Source of the DNA: Clostridia bacterium
Lineage (GTDB): Bacteria > Bacillota > Clostridia > Oscillospirales > RGIG577
Length of the DNA stretch: 64,000 bases
Direction: 5' to 3'
Assembly: GCA_017405765.1 (NCBI GenBank)
Contig: JAFQZS010000005.1
Location: forward strand, 25,042 to 89,041
The notes below the pieces were generated by a model. The model was not told where the DNA came from, did not search any database, and saw nothing but the letters and a program-made list of their open reading frames with translations. Numbering within the stretch: position 1 is the first letter of the stretch; the number at the start of each line of letters is the position of its first letter. The position numbers and the translations under genes are program-made. Positions 48,848 through 56,524 of the stretch are shown here, in pieces.

Positions 48848-49828
48848 ATGAAAAGAATTTTGCTGTTTATTACGTTTATTTGGATGGTGTTACTTCTTTT
48901 ACCGCCGATTTTGTGCAGAATTACGCAAGACGCTCCCTCTCGGGCGGAGAATATTTCGGGTGATGAAAGAATAATTATAAGTCTTATGCACACGGATACC
49001 GGCGAGCTCGAGGATATAAGCTTAAGGGATTATTTAACGGGCGTCGTTATGGCGGAGATGCCTGCTTCATTTGAGGATGATGCGCTTATGGCGCAGGCTG
49101 TAGCCGCGCGCAGCTATACTTATAATAAATATATTGAAAACAGGGCGCAGCCGGGAATATTCCCCTCGCACAACGGAGCCGACGTATGCACCGATCCCGC
49201 CCATTGCAAGGCTTATATGACGCTTTCGGACGCACGGGGAAAGTGGGGAGGAGAGTGGGAGGAGAAGTATTATGAAAAAATATGCGACGCTGTGGAGAAC
49301 ACCGACAAAGAGATACTTACATATGACGCTAAGCCGGTAAACGCCGTTTTCCACAGCGCGTCATATGGGCGCACGGAAAACTCACGCGACGTCTGGGGCG
49401 GCGACCTGCCTTATCTTAAAAGCGTGGAGTCGCCGCTGGGCGAGGCCGCCGAAGGGCAAATAACGAGAGTAGTTCTGAGTGCCGATGAATTTAAGGCACA
49501 GTTTTGCGAGGCTTATCCTGAGGCCGTTTTCGGGGACGACGCGTCCGAATGGGTGAACCATGTTGTAAGGAGCGAGGGCGGCAGTGTGCTTTCGGTAAGT
49601 ATAGGCGGCGTAACGCTCAGAGGCAACGAGGTGCGCGCCTTGTTTTCGCTTAAAAGCGCGAACTTTATCGTGACGGTGGGCGAGAATGTATGCTTTGAGG
49701 TGTATGGTTCGGGACACGGCGTAGGCATGAGCCAGTACGGCGCGAACGCGCTTGCAAAGGACGGATACGACTACCGCGCGATACTTGCGCATTATTATAC
49801 AGATACGCAAATATCGCAATGGGAGTAA
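48848..49828 (+). CDS. spoIID: Stage II sporulation protein D (lytic transglycosylase)
   Basis: N-terminal anchor, AQAVAARSYTY, AVFHSASYGRTE and GHGVGMSQYGA. SD GGAAGGAGA upstream. Confidence 0.85.
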   Translation: MKRILLFITFIWMVLLLLPPILCRITQDAPSRAENISGDERIIISLMHTDTGELEDISLRDYLTGVVMAEMPASFEDDALMAQAVAARSYTYNKYIENRAQPGIFPSHNGADVCTDPAHCKAYMTLSDARGKWGGEWEEKYYEKICDAVENTDKEILTYDAKPVNAVFHSASYGRTENSRDVWGGDLPYLKSVESPLGEAAEGQITRVVLSADEFKAQFCEAYPEAVFGDDASEWVNHVVRSEGGSVLSVSIGGVTLRGNEVRALFSLKSANFIVTVGENVCFEVYGSGHGVGMSQYGANALAKDGYDYRAILAHYYTDTQISQWE

Positions 49829-49843
49829 ATTTTTGATTTTTGC

Positions 49844-49871
49844 TTGACTTTTTAAAAACATGTGGTATCAT
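49844..49871 (+). promoter_or_regulatory. thiW promoter (extended -10)
   Basis: TTGACT (49844-49849), 16 nt, then TGgTATCAT (-10 at 49866-49871). Confidence 0.55.
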
Positions 49872-49877
49872 ATGTAT

Positions 49878-49933
49878 AAGTCATATGAATGGGGCACACC
49901 ACCGCGGGTGTGAACTTTCGTATGACTTTTTTT
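49878..49933 (+). ncRNA. Structured thiW leader: small aptamer-like hairpin embedded in an intrinsic terminator (candidate HMP-PP / thiS-motif-like riboswitch)
   Basis: Outer 10-bp stem: 49878-49887 pairs with 49919-49928 (one G-U). Internal loops are AAUGGGG and AACUUU. Apical hairpin is CACACC-ACCGCG-GGUGUG. A U7 tract spans 49927-49933. No TPP-aptamer motifs are present. Confidence 0.4.
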
Positions 49934-49972
49934 GTTAAATAAGAAAAACAATATTACTCGGAGGTATATATC

Positions 49973-50464
49973 ATGTCCAAGACGAGAAAGCTTGCGATGT
50001 CGGGCATACTTATTGCGGTGGGCGTAGTCTGCGCTCCGTTTTCGATACCTATCGGCGCGGCGCGCTGCCTTCCCGTGCAGCATATGATAAACGTGCTGGC
50101 AGCAGTTATCTTAGGCCCCGGATATGCTGTGGGAATGGCGTTTATAACTTCTCTTATACGCGTTGCCACAGGCACGGGCACACTTTTGGCGTTTCCGGGC
50201 AGCATGGTCGGCGCGCTTTGTGCGGGACTTATGTATAAATACGGGAAAAAGCTGGGCTTTGCCTTCGTGGGCGAGGTCGTCGGCACGGGAATTTTGGGCG
50301 CGATCCTCGCATATCCCGTGGCTACGCTTCTTATGGGACGTGAGGCTGCGCTTTTAGGATTTGTTGTACCCTTCCTTGTAAGCACGATAGGCGGATCGAT
50401 AATCGCAACTATAATAATTCTTGCTCTGGAAAAGACGGGGCTTATGAAGAAGCTTAAAAGCTGA
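49973..50464 (+). CDS. thiW: ECF-transporter S component ThiW (thiazole precursor uptake)
   Basis: 163 aa, 5-6 TM, with LAMSGILIAVGVVCAPFSIPIGAARCLPVQHMINVLAAVILGP. SD GGAGG at 49960-49964. Confidence 0.8.
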   Translation: MSKTRKLAMSGILIAVGVVCAPFSIPIGAARCLPVQHMINVLAAVILGPGYAVGMAFITSLIRVATGTGTLLAFPGSMVGALCAGLMYKYGKKLGFAFVGEVVGTGILGAILAYPVATLLMGREAALLGFVVPFLVSTIGGSIIATIIILALEKTGLMKKLKS

Positions 50465-50479
50465 TGATGAATAAATGCG

Positions 50480-50515
50480 CCTCCCACGGTAAATGATACC
50501 GTGGGAGGTGTTTTT
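50480..50515 (+). terminator. Intrinsic terminator after thiW; its 3' arm contains the SD of the next gene
   Basis: CCTCCCACGGT-AAATGAT-ACCGTGGGAGG followed by TGTTTTT. GGGAGG (50503-50508) lies 9 nt upstream of ATG 50518. Confidence 0.75.
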
Positions 50516-50517
50516 AT

Positions 50518-51300
50518 ATGAACGATAACAGAGATAATGACGGATCCTCAAGGAAGTATGGACTGCATCAGGCGGGATTTTACGCTGTTTTGCTCGTTTT
50601 GGTGGCGGCAGTATGCATAACGGCGCTTGTATTGCAGCAAAACGAGCGTTCCAAAGAGGCGCTGCCCGATCCTTCGGAAGTGACGCTTGACGCAGAGGGC
50701 AGTCTGCCCGGCTTGCCTAAAGCCGAAGAAGCAGTCGGGCTGAATGAAGCTTCAAGAGAAAACGAAGCCGCGTTAAAACACGATGATGAAAAACCCGGGG
50801 CCGAAATAAGAGCGCGTTCGGATGAAAATGATCGAGCGGAGAACGCTGACAAGGAGAGCATACCGACTTTTGGGATCATTACGGCAAATCAGTATTCGCG
50901 TCCCGTTGCGGGCGCGCTGATATGGGGGTATTCTAAAGATGAACTGGTGTATTCAAACACTTTTGATGACTGGCGCGTACACACGGGCGCAGATTATAAG
51001 GCTTCTCCCGGCGAGGCGGTGAGGGCAATAGCCGACGGCACGGTAAAGAGCGTTTACAGCGACGAAATGTGGGGCAAATGCATAAGCGTTTCGCATGAGG
51101 GCGGGCTTGTGTCATACTACTGCGGCCTTGCGCCCGAGGTCGGTGTAAAAGAAGGGGCGCGTGTAAAAGCCGGAGATACGCTTGGCGCGGCGGGAACGAG
51201 CGCTGCGGCAGAGGCGGCAGAAGAGCCGCATGTGCATTTGGAGGTCACTAAGGACAATAAACGGATAGACCCGGAATCACTGTTTGCGCCGCTTGAATAA
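50518..51300 (+). CDS. Membrane-anchored M23/LytM peptidase (SpoIIQ-like candidate)
   Basis: TM segment GFYAVLLVLVAAVCITALVL. Intact LytM motifs HTGADY (HxxxD) and PHVHLEV (HxH). Sits just downstream of spoIID, as spoIIQ does in Clostridia. Confidence 0.7.
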   Translation: MNDNRDNDGSSRKYGLHQAGFYAVLLVLVAAVCITALVLQQNERSKEALPDPSEVTLDAEGSLPGLPKAEEAVGLNEASRENEAALKHDDEKPGAEIRARSDENDRAENADKESIPTFGIITANQYSRPVAGALIWGYSKDELVYSNTFDDWRVHTGADYKASPGEAVRAIADGTVKSVYSDEMWGKCISVSHEGGLVSYYCGLAPEVGVKEGARVKAGDTLGAAGTSAAAEAAEEPHVHLEVTKDNKRIDPESLFAPLE

Positions 51301-51410
51301 AATGAGTCTGCCGCGTGCGGCAAGGCGGGTGAGGCGAAGAAAAGCGGGATCAATAAAGCGGCGTTATGTGATATTGGCATAGATGAGCTTTTTGATTTAT
51401 TATCTTCATT

Positions 51411-51450
51411 AAAAGAAAAAGACGCAAAGGCTATTGCCCTTGCGTCTTTT
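51411..51450. terminator. Bidirectional terminator between the M23 peptidase gene and the E1-beta gene
   Basis: AAAAGAAAAA-GACGCAAAGG-CTATTG-CCCTTGCGTC-TTTT. Confidence 0.75.
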
Positions 51451-51466
51451 ATAATATCAGAGTTGA

Positions 51467-52441
51467 TTATTTTGCAAGTTCCTTTAAAGCTGCGAGGTAG
51501 TCTTCCTTGAAGGGATAGAGATACTTCGGGCCGGTGTCGCCGAATGCGGACGGAGCGTTGTGAGCGCCGACACGCTTTACGGGCTTCTTTAAGGACTCGA
51601 GGCAGTTCTCTGCGATAAGAGCGGAGAGGCACTGCATCATGGAGTTTCTCTCAGGAGCTTCCGTTACGAGAAGAACCTTACCGGTCTTCTTTACGGACTC
51701 GAATATCGGAGCCGTATCGAACGGAACGAGCATTACGGTGTTGAGGATCTCAACGGAGAGGCCGGTCTCCTTCTCGAACTCTTCAACAGCTGCGGTAGCG
51801 TTTACGAGTGCGGAATGATAACCGATAAGGGTGATGTCCTTACCTTCCTTCATCTTGAGAGTACCCTGCTCAAGAGTCGGAACCGGAAGATCGTCCGGTA
51901 CTTCGCCCATAAGACCTAACTGGCTCTTATCGAAGTAGAAGCATACCGGGTCGTCGTCGCGAACTGAAGCCTGCAGATAAGCCTGAACCTCTGCGGGATA
52001 AGTCGGAGCGCATACCTTAAGACCGGGAACGTTTGCGAACCAAGCCTCGTTGTTCTGGGTATGCGTGCAGCCGCTCTTACCTTTACCTATCGGGAGAAGG
52101 TAAGTAACGGGGCAGGAGAACTGACCGCCGGTGTTGTATCTCTGCTTTGCAGCGATGTTAGCGATACCCTCGTAACCGTAGGTTGCGAAGTCACCGAACA
52201 TGAACTCAACGATGGGTCTGAAGCCTGCCATTGCAGCGCCGATTGCGAAAGTGGTGTACATGGTCTCAGCAAGAGGCATGTCAAGGACTCTGTCCTTACC
52301 GTACTTCTTGTCGAAGCCTACGAAGTAACCGTATGCACTGCCTGCGGAAGCAGCAAGACCAAGAAGGATAACCTTCTCATCTGCATCAAACGACTTGGTT
52401 AAACCAGCGTTTATAGCTCTAATTAACGGAATAGTAGCCAT
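51467..52441 (-). CDS. 2-oxoacid (pyruvate/acetoin-type) dehydrogenase E1 component, beta subunit
   Basis: 324 aa with a transketolase-like Pyr domain (DMPLAETMYTTFAIGAAMAGFRPIVEFMFGDF) and a C-terminal domain. Start overlaps the E1-alpha stop (TAATG). Confidence 0.85.
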   Translation of the reverse strand: MATIPLIRAINAGLTKSFDADEKVILLGLAASAGSAYGYFVGFDKKYGKDRVLDMPLAETMYTTFAIGAAMAGFRPIVEFMFGDFATYGYEGIANIAAKQRYNTGGQFSCPVTYLLPIGKGKSGCTHTQNNEAWFANVPGLKVCAPTYPAEVQAYLQASVRDDDPVCFYFDKSQLGLMGEVPDDLPVPTLEQGTLKMKEGKDITLIGYHSALVNATAAVEEFEKETGLSVEILNTVMLVPFDTAPIFESVKKTGKVLLVTEAPERNSMMQCLSALIAENCLESLKKPVKRVGAHNAPSAFGDTGPKYLYPFKEDYLAALKELAK

Positions 52442-53430
52442 TAGATTGCACCTCCTGCTTTATTCGACCAAACAGCAGAGAAGGCAAGAGCCTGCTCTCT
52501 CGTAGGATCGGGCTGCTTGAAGCCTTCCTCGAAAGCGGCAACCATAATGTCGTCCTGCTCTTTAGCTATCTTCTGAAGACCTGCGTCGTCTATGATACCC
52601 ATTTCCTTGATAACCTTCTCGTATCTTGCAACCGGATCAAGATCAGCAAGCTTCTCTCTATACTTGGGATCTCTGTAACCCTGCGGGTCGCCGACGAAGT
52701 GACCTTCGAATCTGGTGCACTTAACTTCGAGTACGTTCGGCTGGCCCTTAGCTGCGAGGTCAATAGCCTCAATAAGAGCTTCTGCAACTGCAACGGGGTC
52801 GATACCGTCAACGGTAACGCCTCTCATGCCGCAGCCCTGTGCGCGGAGCGCAAGGTCTTCAACCGGATACTCTTTTTCAGCGGAGCTCTGCATAGCAAAG
52901 CCGTTGTTCTCGATAAAGAATACAACGGGGAGCTTGTAGATAGCAGCCACGTTCATAGCCTCGTAGGTTACGCCCTCGGAAGTAGCGCCGTCACCGTAGA
53001 TAGCGATAACAACTTCAGGATTGCCCTGTGCTCTTCTTGCCCAAGCATAACCAACTGCCCACGGCCATGCGCCGCCGAGGATACCCTGTGCGGGAAGGAA
53101 GCCAACGTCGAGCTTCATTACGTGATACTCGCCTGCGAGGCCCTTGCAGGGACCGGTCTGCTTGCAGAGCATCTCGTTGATGAAGTTCTGAAGACCCATT
53201 CTCTTGGAGTTAGCGGGCTGGTCTCTGTGAGTACCAACTGCTGCGGTCTTGTGAGGAGTGTACTTAGCAGCCATGATAAGACCTGCCTGTACGCCTTCCT
53301 GGCCATAGGGGGAGTGGATAGCACCGGCTATTTTACCGGCCTTGATGTAGTAAATTATTCTCTCACCGAAAGCTCTCGCGTATCTTAAATACTCGTAAAT
53401 TTCGATGTATTGCTCATTAGTAAAGCTCAT
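52441..53430 (-). CDS. 2-oxoacid dehydrogenase E1 component, alpha subunit (TPP-binding)
   Basis: 329 aa with TPP motif YGDGATSEG...FFIENNGFA. SD GGAGGTG upstream. Confidence 0.85.
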   Translation of the reverse strand: MSFTNEQYIEIYEYLRYARAFGERIIYYIKAGKIAGAIHSPYGQEGVQAGLIMAAKYTPHKTAAVGTHRDQPANSKRMGLQNFINEMLCKQTGPCKGLAGEYHVMKLDVGFLPAQGILGGAWPWAVGYAWARRAQGNPEVVIAIYGDGATSEGVTYEAMNVAAIYKLPVVFFIENNGFAMQSSAEKEYPVEDLALRAQGCGMRGVTVDGIDPVAVAEALIEAIDLAAKGQPNVLEVKCTRFEGHFVGDPQGYRDPKYREKLADLDPVARYEKVIKEMGIIDDAGLQKIAKEQDDIMVAAFEEGFKQPDPTREQALAFSAVWSNKAGGAI

Positions 53431-53553
53431 TTACTCTTGCACCTCCATCTTAATTTTTGATTATTGTTATTTAACGGCATAAGCTGCGCAAAAGGCGTGC
53501 GCCTTTTGCGCTTTTTATCAGTACGCTGACGGCTAGCCGTTTAGCCGCTGAAA

Positions 53554-53784
53554 TTATTCGATTTCAGCAAGAAGATCTCCGTTAGCAGCGGTTTCACCAA
53601 CCTGCTTGTAGATCTTGGTGAGCGTACCGGATACGGGAGCCTCGATCTCCTGGGTCAGCTTCTCGGAAGAAAGCTCATATAAGGGCTCGCCCTCCTTAAC
53701 AGCATCGCCTACGTTCTTGAACCACTTCTCGATGGTAACGTCGAGATTGGTCTGTCCCAGCGTGGGAACGATTACCTGAGTCAT
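53554..53784 (-). CDS. Free-standing lipoyl-domain protein (76 aa; no E2 catalytic core)
   Basis: Lipoyl/biotinyl-attachment fold MTQVIVPTLG...GEPLYELSSEKLTQEIEAPVSGTL with candidate lipoyl-Lys at K42. ATG at 53784 has AAGGAGGTG upstream; the tracked 53814 start is rejected. Confidence 0.7.
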   Translation of the reverse strand: MTQVIVPTLGQTNLDVTIEKWFKNVGDAVKEGEPLYELSSEKLTQEIEAPVSGTLTKIYKQVGETAANGDLLAEIE

Positions 53785-54070
53785 TGTCGATTGCACCTCC
53801 TTCTCATAACACAATATTATACCTTAATGATACATTATCGTTCCGTTCTTTCCAATAGGAAATAAGTATGATATTTATTTTTTAAAACTATTTAAAAAAG
53901 CTTATAAAAACTCAAAAATCCATGCGGACATTTCGGAGGCGGGCTTGCTTTTTGGGCAAAAAATACAGTGACTGCGCGCATATTGGGCAGGCTTCGCTTG
54001 TTTTTTATTATAGCATACTATCCGCATAAGAAAAAATGAGTATAAAACGTAAAAAATATAAGTTCGCATT

Positions 54071-54098
54071 AAAAAAACGCGCAAAAGCGCGTTTTTTT
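54071..54098. terminator. Bidirectional terminator after ilvE
   Basis: AAAAAAACGCGC-AAAA-GCGCGTTTTTTT. Confidence 0.8.
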
Positions 54099-54117
54099 AA
54101 TACTAAAGTATTACTAA

Positions 54118-55188
54118 TTATTTTACCTCGACAGTCCAATTAAAGCGGTCGGCTATTTTGCCCGTCTGAATGCCGGTTATTTCATTGTAGAGCATCTGAG
54201 CTACGGGACCTATCTTGAAATCGTTTATAACCATCTTATTGCCCTCGTAATTTATCTCGCCGACGGGGGAGATAACGGCAGCCGTGCCGGTGCCGAACGC
54301 CTCTTCGAGCTTGCCGTTCTTATGAGCCTCCGTAAGCTCCTGTACGCTTACTCTGCGCTCCTCAACGGTATAGCCCTTGTCGCGCAGCACGTTTATAACG
54401 GAATCTCTCGTAACGCCCGGAAGCACGCTGCCCTCAAGGAAGGGGGTAACTACCTTGCCGTCTATCTTGAAGAATACGTTCATCGTGCCTACCTCGTCGA
54501 TGTACTTGCGCTCAACGCCGTCGAGCCACAGTACCTGAGTATAGCCAAGATCGTGCGCTTTTACCTGCGACTTTATCGAAGCGGCGTAATTCGCGCCCGC
54601 CTTTGTAAAGCCCAGACCGCCGCGAACGGCGCGCACATACTCCGTCTCTATGTATATCTTAACGGGATTTATGCCTTCCGGATAATATGCGCCGACAGGT
54701 GAAAGGATTATTGCGAACAGATATGTGTCTGAGGGCTTAACGCCGATGAACGGGTCGGTGGCGATCATAAAGGGCCTGATGTAAAGCGAGGTCTCGTCGC
54801 CTTCGGGGATCCAATCCTTTTCCACCTTTATGAGCTCCAAAAGCGCCTGCAGGAAATCGTCCTCGGGCACTGCGGGCATACATAAGCGGTCGAGCGAACG
54901 GTTCATACGAGAGATGTTTTTGTCCGGTCTGAAAAGAAGCACCTTGCCGTCCTTCGTTTTATACGTCTTCATACCTTCGAATACTTCCTGAGCATAGTGG
55001 AATACCATAGAGGAAGGATCTAAAGAAAGGGGACCGTAGGGAACGATACGTGCATCGTGCCAGCCTTCCTTGGAAGAATAATTCATAAGAAACATGTGGT
55101 CCGAGAATAATCTTCCGAATCCGAGAGAATGCGGGTCCGGCTTCGGCTTGGGAGCCTTCGTTTTTTCGATCCTGATATCAAGTGACAT
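54118..55188 (-). CDS. ilvE: Branched-chain amino acid aminotransferase (class IV)
   Basis: 356 aa with GFGRLFSDHMF, EGMKTYK and GTGTAAVISPV. Confidence 0.9.
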   Translation of the reverse strand: MSLDIRIEKTKAPKPKPDPHSLGFGRLFSDHMFLMNYSSKEGWHDARIVPYGPLSLDPSSMVFHYAQEVFEGMKTYKTKDGKVLLFRPDKNISRMNRSLDRLCMPAVPEDDFLQALLELIKVEKDWIPEGDETSLYIRPFMIATDPFIGVKPSDTYLFAIILSPVGAYYPEGINPVKIYIETEYVRAVRGGLGFTKAGANYAASIKSQVKAHDLGYTQVLWLDGVERKYIDEVGTMNVFFKIDGKVVTPFLEGSVLPGVTRDSVINVLRDKGYTVEERRVSVQELTEAHKNGKLEEAFGTGTAAVISPVGEINYEGNKMVINDFKIGPVAQMLYNEITGIQTGKIADRFNWTVEVK

Positions 55189-55386
55189 AAAAATTCCTCC
55201 GTCCTGCTTTTAATATATATTTTCAGCATATATAAGCTTAAAAATTCTATTTTTTATTTTATACCAACGTTTAAAAAAATGCAACAAAACGCGCTATTTT
55301 TTCGTCGAAAGTTGAAGTTTTAAAAAAAATATGAGATAATTTAAAAGTATAAATACATAATAAGTTAAGAGATGAGACGGTGAACA

Positions 55387-56502
55387 ATGAATAAGAAACG
55401 CCACATCGCGCTGTTTGCGCTTGCGGTTTTCGCGCTTTCATGCGCCCTGTCTTCGGGCGGCGCGTTTGCGGTCATGGATATTTCGCTGGGAATAAATGAT
55501 TCGCTCGTCGATCCGCCCAGGGGCATACGCCCCGTTTTTGCGGGCAACGTGTGCTATGTGCCGATAGAGGTCTTTACGGGCAATTTTGCGCTTTCATACA
55601 GCTACGACGGCGTATCGAAGACTCTTTCGGTATCGGGAGGGCGTCATTCGCTGACGTTCAATATGATCCAGAATATAGCCACGGATGAAAACTACGAAGT
55701 ATATTATGTTACGTGTTACTATGAGAATTCGACCTTTATGGTGCCGGCGCGCGTGATGTGCGAAGTGTTCGGCTTAAGATACAGCTTTCTTTCATCAATA
55801 AATACGGTGAGGATATCCCTTCGCGCAGCAGCTTTGAGCGACCGTGAGTTTACGGAAAAATATAAGGCCGAGCTCCTTCCCAAGGAGCCGGAAGCCCTGC
55901 CGCAGACGCAGACGGATACGTCCGCGGCGCAAAGTCCTCCCCCTGCGGTCGAGGACGAGCCGAAGGAAGACGAGACGCCGGACGTTTATCTTATGTTCGC
56001 TTCGCCGCAGCATGAAAGCCTACCCGTGATACTGGACGCGCTCGACGCCGCAGGCGCGCGCGCCACGTTCTTCCTTTCGGAGGAGTATCTTAAAAGCGAT
56101 CCCGAAAGCGCGGCGCGCATACTTGCTTCGGGAAACGAGCTAGGAATAGACCTTTCGGGCGAGGATGTGTCAGACGCTTCGGCGCTTGCGGCGAAAGCGG
56201 AGGATACGGCCGAGGTCATGGCGCTTATTTATAAGGCCTGTGTAAACTCCGTGTATCTTTCTGCGGCGCAGTATGATGCGCTTTCTGCAGACGCCGCCGC
56301 AGCTTTAAACGATGCGGGCTTTAAGATCTGGCGTGCCCGCGTGACTGCGGGCTTAAGCCTGTCGTCGGTAACGGACAGGCTAAAGGGTACGGCGCGCACA
56401 TCCGTACTTTTAAAGGATGAAAGCCTTATTTCGGGCATATCGGGATTTGTTGCGGAGAAGGACGCCGCATTTATAACAATAAAGCTCACATCAAGACCGT
56501 AG
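55387..56502 (+). CDS. Secreted protein: copper-amine-oxidase-N-like stalk domain + Pro/Glu linker + degenerate NodB (polysaccharide deacetylase)-like domain
   Basis: Signal peptide MNKKRHIALFALAVFALSCALSSGGAFA. Stalk-like VCYVPIEVF...TFMVPARVMCEVFGL. NodB-like VYLMFASP...AGARATFFLSEEY...SGNELGIDL, where the canonical TFDDG and H-x-x-x-H residues are replaced. Confidence 0.5.
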   Translation: MNKKRHIALFALAVFALSCALSSGGAFAVMDISLGINDSLVDPPRGIRPVFAGNVCYVPIEVFTGNFALSYSYDGVSKTLSVSGGRHSLTFNMIQNIATDENYEVYYVTCYYENSTFMVPARVMCEVFGLRYSFLSSINTVRISLRAAALSDREFTEKYKAELLPKEPEALPQTQTDTSAAQSPPPAVEDEPKEDETPDVYLMFASPQHESLPVILDALDAAGARATFFLSEEYLKSDPESAARILASGNELGIDLSGEDVSDASALAAKAEDTAEVMALIYKACVNSVYLSAAQYDALSADAAAALNDAGFKIWRARVTAGLSLSSVTDRLKGTARTSVLLKDESLISGISGFVAEKDAAFITIKLTSRP

Positions 56503-56524
56503 AATAAGTACAGGAGGTGCTTTT

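Noticed and set aside
49829-49972. TPP riboswitch upstream of thiW
   Set aside because: No CUGAGA or pyrimidine-sensor helix elements are present, and the leader is too short. It is reinterpreted as a small terminator-embedded element.
49954-50487. 177-aa minus-strand ORF antisense to thiW
   Set aside because: It mirrors the hydrophobic thiW frame. thiW has its own SD, promoter, leader and terminator, and the antisense ORF has none of these.
51467-53814. Apparent codon-style shift (more AGA Arg, fewer CpG) in the E1/lipoyl operon as evidence for horizontal transfer
   Set aside because: AGA/AGG codons also occur in ilvE and pgk in this window. The bias could equally reflect expression level. 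This cannot be judged without a quantitative codon analysis.
55189-55386. T-box or other leader upstream of ilvE
   Set aside because: The region is ~195 nt, AT-rich and shared with a divergent gene. No specifier/T-box (AGGGTGGNACCGCG-like) sequence and no terminator/antiterminator pair was seen.
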